Shown: in pieces, positions 1-6,698 of the stretch
How the letters are laid out: every line of letters begins with the position of its first letter
Position numbering within the stretch: position 1 is the first letter of the stretch
Assembly: GCA_036478295.1 (NCBI GenBank)
Contig: JAZGDW010000289.1
Coordinates: forward strand, 1-13,496
Direction: 5' to 3'
DNA: 13,496 nt
Source: Candidatus Krumholzibacteriia bacterium
Lineage (GTDB): Bacteria > Krumholzibacteriota > Krumholzibacteriia > WVZY01
Notes under the pieces: model-generated
Seen by the model: only the letters and a program-made list of their open reading frames with translations
Database searches by the model: none
What the model was told of the DNA's origin: nothing
Program-made: the position numbers and the translations under genes

Positions 1-12
1 ACGTGCCGACCA

Positions 13-42
13 AGTAGAACACAGGCCTTTTGGGGGTGTCAA
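13..42 (-). promoter_or_regulatory. Possible sigma70-type promoter pointing out of the left window edge
   Basis: Perfect TTGACA on the minus strand (42-37), followed after 18 nt by a weak -10-like TCTACT (18-13). The downstream gene is not visible. Confidence 0.3.
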
Positions 43-68
43 GCGGATTCGGAAAAGGGGAGCGCGTG

Positions 69-163
69 GTGCCCGATGCGCGTCCTGTCAGCGAACAGCC
101 CCCCGCACACGAATGTCGCTCCGCGCGGTCGGGCGCCCGTTCGCTGCCACCCGCATCGGGCAC
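69..163 (-). repeat. Dispersed ~95-nt palindromic (REP/REPIN/MITE-like) element, copy 1
   Basis: Perfect 12-bp terminal inverted repeat GTGCCCGATGCG (69-80) / CGCATCGGGCAC (152-163), inner arms TGTCAGCGAAC / GTTCGCTGCCA. Clearly homologous to the reverse complement of 3384-3474. Starts 14 nt after the NlpC/P60 stop. Confidence 0.85.
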
Positions 164-177
164 TGTCGGAGCGGGTG

Positions 178-717
178 CTAAATATTGAGCAGACGCTTGG
201 CGGTGACGAAACGCCGCTTGAAATAGCGGTTGTCGAGCTCGTCGACCCGAACCCGGCGCGCACTGGTCGAGGCGTGAATGAATTTGCCGTTGCCGATGTA
301 GATACCCACGTGGGTAACGGCATTACGGCCGGACGTTTTGAAAAAGACCAGGTCGGCGGGCTTGATGAGAGAGCGGTCGACAGGTTTGCCGACGCGGCTT
401 TGATCGAGCGACGTACGCGGCAAGTCGATGTCGAACTGGCGGAACACCGTCATGACGAGGCCGGAGCAGTCGACTCCTTTGCTGCTCGCACCGCCCATCC
501 GATAGGGGACGCCGACAAAGGTTTTCGCGTACTGGACGATTTCCTTGCGATTCGGCTCCGTAGACACGGGGGTCACCGCGTCCCGCGGTGCTGAACGGTA
601 CCGGGGCGCCGCCGTGCAAGAAGCTAACAGCAGAATAGCCGTCGCGGGCACAATCCACGACTTGCAGAGCCCAATCGTGCAACTCCGGATGAATTTCATC
701 GTATGAAACGGGTGCAT
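178..717 (-). CDS. NlpC/P60 (C40) family peptidoglycan endopeptidase, predicted lipoprotein (~179 aa)
   Basis: Motifs GVPYRMGG, DCSG (catalytic Cys), HVGIYIG and FIHAS give the Cys-His-His triad. Hydrophobic stretch ends in lipobox LLASC. Start moved from the ORF-track 828 to ATG 717, which is preceded by AAAGGTGAGG; ATG 699 is an alternative. Confidence 0.93.
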   Translation of the reverse strand: MHPFHTMKFIRSCTIGLCKSWIVPATAILLLASCTAAPRYRSAPRDAVTPVSTEPNRKEIVQYAKTFVGVPYRMGGASSKGVDCSGLVMTVFRQFDIDLPRTSLDQSRVGKPVDRSLIKPADLVFFKTSGRNAVTHVGIYIGNGKFIHASTSARRVRVDELDNRYFKRRFVTAKRLLNI

Positions 718-780
718 GGCCTCACCTTTGCAAGATACGGCTTCGTTTAACACCCCAATCGTATCGCAAATAACGTGCCT

Positions 781-794
781 TTGACGAAAGTCAA
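781..794. promoter_or_regulatory. Palindromic TTGAC-N4-GTCAA site (FNR/CRP-family-like operator candidate)
   Basis: TTGACGAAAGTCAA is a perfect 5-4-5 inverted repeat matching the TTGAY-N4-RTCAA pattern. It sits in the AT-richer divergent intergenic region. Confidence 0.45.
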
Positions 795-805
795 CGGCCA
801 TACGG

Positions 806-834
806 TTGACAGAACCCGTTACAATCATTATAGC
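806..834 (+). promoter_or_regulatory. Putative sigma70 promoter of the fad operon
   Basis: Perfect -35 TTGACA (806-811), 17-nt spacer, -10-like TATAGC (829-834), 47 nt upstream of the 882 ATG. Confidence 0.55.
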
Positions 835-881
835 TCTATTAGACCAGGGGCCGGGAAGGCAGTTTTATAGGGGGTCTCTCC

Positions 882-3278
882 ATGCCGTACAAAATCGACC
901 GTGCCGCCGTTCTGGGGGCCGGTGTCATGGGCGCCACGCTGGCCGCCCACCTCGCCAACGCGAGCATTCCAACCCTGCTACTCGACATTGTGCCGCCGGA
1001 GGGCAGCGGTGTCGAGGGTGACAAGTCTTCGCGCGAGTACCGCGACGCGTTCGCCAGGACCGGGTTGGCGAACGTACTCAAAACAAAACCGGCGGCCTTT
1101 TATACAAAGGAAAAGGCACGGCTGGTCACGCCCGGCAATATCGAGGATGACCTCGAGCAGCTCAAGGACGTCGACTGGGTACTGGAAGCGGTCACGGAAA
1201 AGCTCAAGGTCAAGGAATCGCTCTTCTCCCGCATTCAACCGTACCTCAGTGATACCGCGATACTGACGTCGAACACGTCGGGTCTGTCCGTGAACGACAT
1301 GGCGGCGACGCTCGACGACTCGCTGAAGCGGCGTTTTCTCGTCACGCATTTTTTTAACCCGCCCCGCTACATGTACCTGCTCGAACTCGTTCCCAACGAT
1401 GCCACAGATCCCGCCTTGCTCGAGTTCATGGCGAAGGCCAGCGAGGAAATCCTCGGCAAGGGCGTGGTCATGGCCAAGGACACGCCGAATTTCATCGCCA
1501 ACCGCATTGGCGTGTTTTCCATGATGGTGACGCTGCGCATGATGGTCGAAGGTGGCTACACCGTCGAGGAGGTGGATGCCCTGACCGGGCCGGTGATCGG
1601 TCGGCCGAAGAGCGCGTCGCTGCGCACCGCGGATCTCGTCGGACTGGACACCTTCGCGCACGCCAGCCAAACGGTTTACGACGCGGCGCCCGAAGACGAG
1701 CAGCGGGACCAGTTCAAGCTCCCCGATATCATTCAGAGAATGGTCAAGGAAGGTTTTCTCGGAGAGAAAACCGGGAAGGGCTTCTACAAGAAGGTCAAGA
1801 AGGACGGCAAGTCCGAGATTTTAACGCTCGACCTGGGAAAATTCGATTACCGTCCGCGCGAGCGAGCGTCGTTTGCGTCGGTGCAGATGGCGAAAGCCAT
1901 CGAGGATCCGGCGGAGAGGATCAAGGCCGTCGTGGCCGGCAAGGACCGCGGGGCCGAGTTCGTGTGGCGCGTGCTGTCGGAGGCCATGATCTATTCCGCC
2001 AACCGGCTCGGGGAGATCGCCGACGATATCGTGCAGATCGACAACGCCATGAAATGGGGTTTCAACTGGGCGCAGGGGCCCTTCGAGTTGTGGGATGCCC
2101 TGGGTGTCGAGGATGTCGCCGCGCGGTTGGAAAAAGAAGGCAGGGCGATTCCGGCCGTGGTCAGAGAAGTCCTCGGCAGCAAGAGCAAGCGTTTCTACGA
2201 CCAGGGGGATGACTCCCGCCGCACCTTTTTTATGCCGGGCACCGGTCACCAGGAGATGGCGCAAAGAGAGGCAGTGATCGACCTCGCGCAGATGAAGCGT
2301 GCGAACAAGGTTATCAAGAAAAACTCCGGTGCAAGCCTGGTCGATATCGGAGACGGCGCGCTGTGCCTGGAATTCCATTCCAAGATGAACTCCATCGGCG
2401 GGGACATCCTGTCAATGATCCTGGCGGCGGTGAAGGAAGTTGAGGCCAACCACGCCGCGCTGGTTATCGGTAACCATGGGCAGAACTTCTCGGTGGGCGC
2501 CAACATCATGCTGCTGCTGTTGGAGGCGCAGGAGGGCAACTGGGAAGATATCGATCTGATGATAAAGGCGTTTCAGAGGTCGACCATGGCGCTCAAGTAT
2601 TGCAAGCGCCCGGTGGTGGCCGCGCCCTTTGGTATGGCGCTCGGCGGCGGCTGTGAAGTGTGCCTGGGCGCAGGACACATCTATGCGTCGGCGGAAACAT
2701 ACATCGGTCTGGTCGAGCTCGGCGTCGGGCTGGTGCCCGCCGGCGGCGGCTGCAAGGAAATGTTACTGCGGCAGCTCGAAGGCAAACCGCGCGTCGAGGG
2801 CGCAGACCTGTTTCCCTTTGTGCGTGCGGCGTTCGAGACTATCGGGATGGCAACGGTGGCGACCAGCGCCGAAGAGGCGAGGCAACACCGCTTTCTCCGC
2901 CGCTCCGACGGCATCTCGCTCAATCCACAACGCCTGATCCATTACGCCAAAGCAATGGCGCTGGGACTCGCCGCGTCCGGCTACCGCCCACCCGATCCGA
3001 CGATGGAGATCCCCGTGGTGGGGGAAAGCGGGGTGGCGTCCATCAAAACGCACCTCTACATGCTCAAGGAAGGCAAGTTCATCAGCGAATACGACGCCTA
3101 TCTCGCGGGTGAGCTCGCGACCATCCTGTGCGGCGGCCGCGTGGCTGCGGGGACGATGGTGTCCGAGCAGCACATCCTCGATCTCGAGCGCGAGGTTTTC
3201 TTGCGGCTCTGTGGCCAACGCAAGACGCAGGAGCGCATCCAGCACATGCTGAAGAAAGGTAAGCCGCTCAGGAACTAA
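882..3278 (+). CDS. fadN: Bifunctional 3-hydroxyacyl-CoA dehydrogenase / enoyl-CoA hydratase (FadN/YusL type, 798 aa)
   Basis: N-terminal Rossmann GAGVMGA, SNTSG, HFFNPPRYMYLLE (His-Glu dyad) and PNFIANRIG. C-terminal crotonase fold (FSVGAN, ALGGGCE, GLVELGVGLVPAGGG) and terminal GKPLRN. Dehydrogenase-first order as in Bacillus FadN. AGGGGG RBS. Confidence 0.95.
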   Translation: MPYKIDRAAVLGAGVMGATLAAHLANASIPTLLLDIVPPEGSGVEGDKSSREYRDAFARTGLANVLKTKPAAFYTKEKARLVTPGNIEDDLEQLKDVDWVLEAVTEKLKVKESLFSRIQPYLSDTAILTSNTSGLSVNDMAATLDDSLKRRFLVTHFFNPPRYMYLLELVPNDATDPALLEFMAKASEEILGKGVVMAKDTPNFIANRIGVFSMMVTLRMMVEGGYTVEEVDALTGPVIGRPKSASLRTADLVGLDTFAHASQTVYDAAPEDEQRDQFKLPDIIQRMVKEGFLGEKTGKGFYKKVKKDGKSEILTLDLGKFDYRPRERASFASVQMAKAIEDPAERIKAVVAGKDRGAEFVWRVLSEAMIYSANRLGEIADDIVQIDNAMKWGFNWAQGPFELWDALGVEDVAARLEKEGRAIPAVVREVLGSKSKRFYDQGDDSRRTFFMPGTGHQEMAQREAVIDLAQMKRANKVIKKNSGASLVDIGDGALCLEFHSKMNSIGGDILSMILAAVKEVEANHAALVIGNHGQNFSVGANIMLLLLEAQEGNWEDIDLMIKAFQRSTMALKYCKRPVVAAPFGMALGGGCEVCLGAGHIYASAETYIGLVELGVGLVPAGGGCKEMLLRQLEGKPRVEGADLFPFVRAAFETIGMATVATSAEEARQHRFLRRSDGISLNPQRLIHYAKAMALGLAASGYRPPDPTMEIPVVGESGVASIKTHLYMLKEGKFISEYDAYLAGELATILCGGRVAAGTMVSEQHILDLEREVFLRLCGQRKTQERIQHMLKKGKPLRN

Positions 3279-3279
3279 A

Positions 3280-3336
3280 CGGGCGCGCCGCCGGACGGTT
3301 AACGGTGCCGTTCATCCGGCGAGTGGAGGGTGCCCG
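3280..3336 (+). other. GC-rich stem-loop directly after the fadN stop
   Basis: CGGGCGC (3280-3286) / GTGCCCG (3330-3336) encloses CGCCGGA (3289-3295) / TCCGGCG (3315-3321) and an inner AACG/CGTT stem. No U-tract, so not an intrinsic terminator. Confidence 0.45.
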
Positions 3337-3383
3337 CTTGAATGGCCTCCGGTACCGCGCTCCGCTTCGCTCGGCTACCCACG

Positions 3384-3474
3384 GCCCGATGCGGGTGGCA
3401 GCCGAACGGGCGCCCGGCCGCGCGCAGCTTGCGAGCACGGACGAGCTGTTCGCTGACAGGACCCGCATCGGCAC
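3384..3474 (+). repeat. Dispersed ~95-nt palindromic element, copy 2
   Basis: Perfect 11-bp inverted repeat CCGATGCGGGT (3386-3396) / ACCCGCATCGG (3461-3471). Shares GCCCGATGCGGGTGGCAG, CGAACGGGCGCCCG and GCTGTTCGCTGACAGGAC blocks with the minus strand of 69-163. Ends 3 nt before the fadA RBS. Confidence 0.85.
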
Positions 3475-3491
3475 AACAGAAGGAAAAAACG

Positions 3492-4673
3492 ATGGCTGAT
3501 GCATTTATTCTATCCGCCGTGCGGACACCGGTTGGCCGGGCGTTCAAGGGGACGCTGCGCCAGGTGCGGCCGGACGAACTGGCCGCGGCGGCAATAATGG
3601 AAGCACTCTCGCGTGTAAAGGGCGTCGATCACAGCGCGGTCGACGACGTCGTGCTGGGCTGCGCCATGCCGGAAGCCGAGCAGGGTCTGAATATTGCCCG
3701 CATGGCTTCGCTGCAGGCCGGACTGCCGCACGAGGTATCCGCGATGACGCTCAACCGCTTCTGCGCCTCGGGTCTGGAAGCGATCAACTATGCCGCGTCC
3801 CGCATCAAGCTCGGCGAAGCGGACCTGGTCGTGGCGGGTGGTGTGGAGTCGATGAGCCTGATTCCCATGGGCGGCAACAAGGTCTCCCCCAATCTCCAGG
3901 TCGTCGAGACGCATCCGGAGTTCTACATTAGTATGGGACTGACCGCCGAGAGGGTCGCCGCCAAGTACGAGGTGACGCGGGAGGCGCAGGATCGTTTTGC
4001 GCTGCACAGCCACGAAAAGGCGGTAAAGGCGATCGAGGCGGGCAAGTTCGATGAGGAACTGCTGCCCGTTACCGTTCGCACCCCGGTCCTGGGGGCGAGG
4101 GGCAAGGTCGAGGTGCAGGAGGCGGTTTTCGAGATCGACGAGTGCCCGCGGGCGGACACGTCGCTCGAGGCCCTTGCTGGCCTGAAACCTGCATTCATGG
4201 TGGACGGTACGGTAACGGCGGGTAATTCGTCACCCATGAACGATGGGGCCGCCGCTGTCGTCGTCGCCAGCGCGAAAATGACCAAGAAGCTGGGTGTTGA
4301 GCCCCTGGGCAAGTTTGTCGCCTACGCGACGGCCGGGGTCGACCCCGAGCTCATGGGCATCGGGCCTGCACTGGCCGTTCCCAAGGTCCTGAAAAAGACG
4401 GGTTTGGCCCTGAAAGACATCGGACTGATCGAACTTAATGAGGCATTCGCGTCGCAAAGTGTCTATGTTGTAGGTAAGCTCGGCATCCCCGATGAGCGCG
4501 TGAACGTCAACGGCGGTGCCATCGCGCTGGGACACCCCCTGGGATGTACAGGGGCCAAGTTGACGGCCACGATTCTCTACGAGATGAGGCGCCGCAAGGC
4601 AAAATACGGTCTGGTAACCATGTGTGTCGGTGGGGGAATGGGTGCGGCGGGTATCGTCGAGCGCGTCGAGTGA
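3492..4673 (+). CDS. fadA: Acetyl-CoA C-acyltransferase (3-ketoacyl-CoA thiolase, 393 aa)
   Basis: Thiolase motifs RTPVG, NRFCASG (acyl-Cys), NEAF, GHPLG and CVGGG. True start ATG 3492 (MADAFIL) follows RBS AGAAGGA. The extra 50 codons in the ORF track (from 3342) merely read through the repeat. Confidence 0.96.
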   Translation: MADAFILSAVRTPVGRAFKGTLRQVRPDELAAAAIMEALSRVKGVDHSAVDDVVLGCAMPEAEQGLNIARMASLQAGLPHEVSAMTLNRFCASGLEAINYAASRIKLGEADLVVAGGVESMSLIPMGGNKVSPNLQVVETHPEFYISMGLTAERVAAKYEVTREAQDRFALHSHEKAVKAIEAGKFDEELLPVTVRTPVLGARGKVEVQEAVFEIDECPRADTSLEALAGLKPAFMVDGTVTAGNSSPMNDGAAAVVVASAKMTKKLGVEPLGKFVAYATAGVDPELMGIGPALAVPKVLKKTGLALKDIGLIELNEAFASQSVYVVGKLGIPDERVNVNGGAIALGHPLGCTGAKLTATILYEMRRRKAKYGLVTMCVGGGMGAAGIVERVE

Positions 4674-4787
4674 GGGCGGGTGCCGCGGTGAGCACGCCGA
4701 GTAGCCCCGACGCCGCAAGCGCACCGAGCAGGATCGGAGCCGCCGCGCAGGTGGCGCCGTGATAGTCAAAGAACAAGGAGCACCGAT

Positions 4788-6572
4788 ATGGCGATAGATG
4801 TGAGTAGGAAGGGCGGAACATTTTTGATTATGGAAACGGATCCCGAAAGCATTTTCAGCCCCGAGGATTTCACCGAAGAGCAGAAGATGTTCGCGAAGAC
4901 CGCCGAAGATTTTGTGCAAAACGAAATCATCGCCAACCTCGAAAAAATGGAATCCAAAGAAGAAGACGCGATGGTCAACCTTCTGAAAAAGGCGGGTGAG
5001 CTGGGGCTGTTGATGATCGACATTCCAGAGAACTACGGCGGCCTGGAGCTGGACAAAGCTACGTCGATGCTCGTCGCCGAGATTATTTCCAAGGGCGGCT
5101 CCTTCGCCACCACCTTCGGAGCCCACACCGGAATCGGCACCTTGCCCATCGTATATTTCGGTACCGACGAGCAGAAACAAAAGTACCTGCCGCGTCTTGC
5201 CACCGCCGAGATCACGACCTGCTACGCGCTCACCGAAGCGGGCAGCGGCTCGGACGCCCTGGCGGCGAAATCCCGCGCCGACCTCTCCGACGACGGCAAG
5301 TTCTGGGTGTTGAACGGTGACAAGACTTTCATTACGAACGGAGCGTTTGCGGACCTTTTCATCGTTTTTGCCAAGATAGGCGGCGAGGAATTCTCCTGCT
5401 TCATTGTCGAGAGAGACCACGGTGGACTGACCGTCGGTCCCGAAGAGAAGAAACTCGGTATCCGGGGGTCATCGACCGTCGGGCTCTTTATGGACAATGT
5501 CAAGGTGCCGGTCGAGAACCTTTTGGGAGAGAAGGGCAAGGGTCACCGCATCGCCTTTAACATCCTGAACGTGGGCCGCTTCAAGCTCGGTGTGGGCTGC
5601 GTCGGCGCAGCGAAGCTCGCGCTCGATGACTCGATCAAGTACGCGAAGGAACGCCACCAGTTCGGACAGCCGATTGCTTCTTTCGGGATGATCAAGAACA
5701 AGATCGCCAACATGGCGACCTACATCTACGTGGTGGATAGCATGTCGTACCGCACCGCGGGGCTCCTCGACGAAATCCTGCAGCCGATCGACAAAAATGC
5801 CAAGGACGCGGCGGAGTTGACGATGAAGGGTATCGAGGAATACGCCACCGAATGCTCGATCATGAAAGTCAAGGGCAGCGAGATGCTCGACTACGTGGTC
5901 GACGAAACCGTGCAGATCTACGGCGGCTACGGCTACATCGAAGAGTATCCGGCCGAGCGTTACTACCGCGACTCGCGCATAGCGCGCATCTATGAGGGCA
6001 CCAACGAGATCAATCGCATGCTCATTACCGGGATGCTTCTGAAGAAGGCGTTGAAGGGTGATCTGCCGCTGCTCGAGGCGGCCAAGAAGCTCCAGGGCGA
6101 GCTGCTCGAGATGCCGTCGATGGACCTGGACGAGGACGGCGGGATGCTCGCCGAAGAGGTCAAGCTCATCAAGAACGTCAAGAAGGTCGTGCTGATGACG
6201 GTCGGACTCGCCGCTCAGAAGTACATGAAGAAACTCCAGGAGCAGCAGGGAGTGCTGGGCAATCTCGCCGACATCATCATCGAGGCATACGGCATGGAGT
6301 CGGCGATGCTGAGAACGCTCAAGGTCGCCGCCCAGAAGAGTGAGGAAGATGCGGAGATCATGGTCAAGATGACCCGTCTCTATGTGAACGAAACCATGGG
6401 CAAGGTGGATCTGTGGGCCCGCGAAGTGTTGGCGGCCTGCTCCGAGGGCGATGAGCTGCGGACGATGTTGGCGGCGCTGCGGCGCCTCGTCCGGTATACG
6501 CCGATCGATTCGCTGGCGCTCAGGCTGGAGATCGCGGACTACTTCATCGCCAAGGAGAAATACGAGGTCTAG
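4788..6572 (+). CDS. fadE: Acyl-CoA dehydrogenase, long VLCAD/FadE(YusJ)-like form (594 aa)
   Basis: YALTEAGSGSDA, LNGDKTFITNG, KLGIRGSST, RHQFGQPI, QIYGGYGY and RIYEGTNEI (catalytic Glu), plus a ~170-aa helical C-terminal extension. RBS AAGGAG at 4775-4780. Confidence 0.95.
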   Translation: MAIDVSRKGGTFLIMETDPESIFSPEDFTEEQKMFAKTAEDFVQNEIIANLEKMESKEEDAMVNLLKKAGELGLLMIDIPENYGGLELDKATSMLVAEIISKGGSFATTFGAHTGIGTLPIVYFGTDEQKQKYLPRLATAEITTCYALTEAGSGSDALAAKSRADLSDDGKFWVLNGDKTFITNGAFADLFIVFAKIGGEEFSCFIVERDHGGLTVGPEEKKLGIRGSSTVGLFMDNVKVPVENLLGEKGKGHRIAFNILNVGRFKLGVGCVGAAKLALDDSIKYAKERHQFGQPIASFGMIKNKIANMATYIYVVDSMSYRTAGLLDEILQPIDKNAKDAAELTMKGIEEYATECSIMKVKGSEMLDYVVDETVQIYGGYGYIEEYPAERYYRDSRIARIYEGTNEINRMLITGMLLKKALKGDLPLLEAAKKLQGELLEMPSMDLDEDGGMLAEEVKLIKNVKKVVLMTVGLAAQKYMKKLQEQQGVLGNLADIIIEAYGMESAMLRTLKVAAQKSEEDAEIMVKMTRLYVNETMGKVDLWAREVLAACSEGDELRTMLAALRRLVRYTPIDSLALRLEIADYFIAKEKYEV

Positions 6573-6622
6573 CGGCTTGGTGCCCGGGCGTACCCATCTG
6601 GCTTCCGGCCCACGAAAGGGCT

Positions 6623-6664
6623 TGTAAATAAAGGGCTTTCCACATGGTGGAAAGCCCTTTTACA
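6623..6664. terminator. Probably bidirectional intrinsic terminator between convergent transcription units
   Basis: Perfect 14-bp stem AAAGGGCTTTCCAC (6630-6643) / GTGGAAAGCCCTTT (6647-6660) with a 3-nt loop and A/T-rich flanks on both sides. Lies between the stops at 6572 (+) and 6699 (-). Confidence 0.85.
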
Positions 6665-6698
6665 TGGGCCCATGGCTCTCGCGCGGCTAGCAGCAGCG

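Noticed and set aside
76..594. 172-aa plus-strand ORF
   Set aside because: Antisense shadow of NlpC/P60. It starts inside the repeat and has no recognisable motif.
718..828. N-terminal extension of the NlpC/P60 ORF in the ORF track
   Set aside because: Runs through the promoter region and would displace the lipoprotein signal peptide. ATG 717 has a good RBS.
3342..3491. 50-aa N-terminal extension of the thiolase
   Set aside because: Translates the palindromic repeat. Thiolase homology and the RBS start at 3492.
4230..5420. 396-aa minus-strand ORF
   Set aside because: Antisense to fadA/fadE. Typical stop-poor shadow frame of GC-rich genes.
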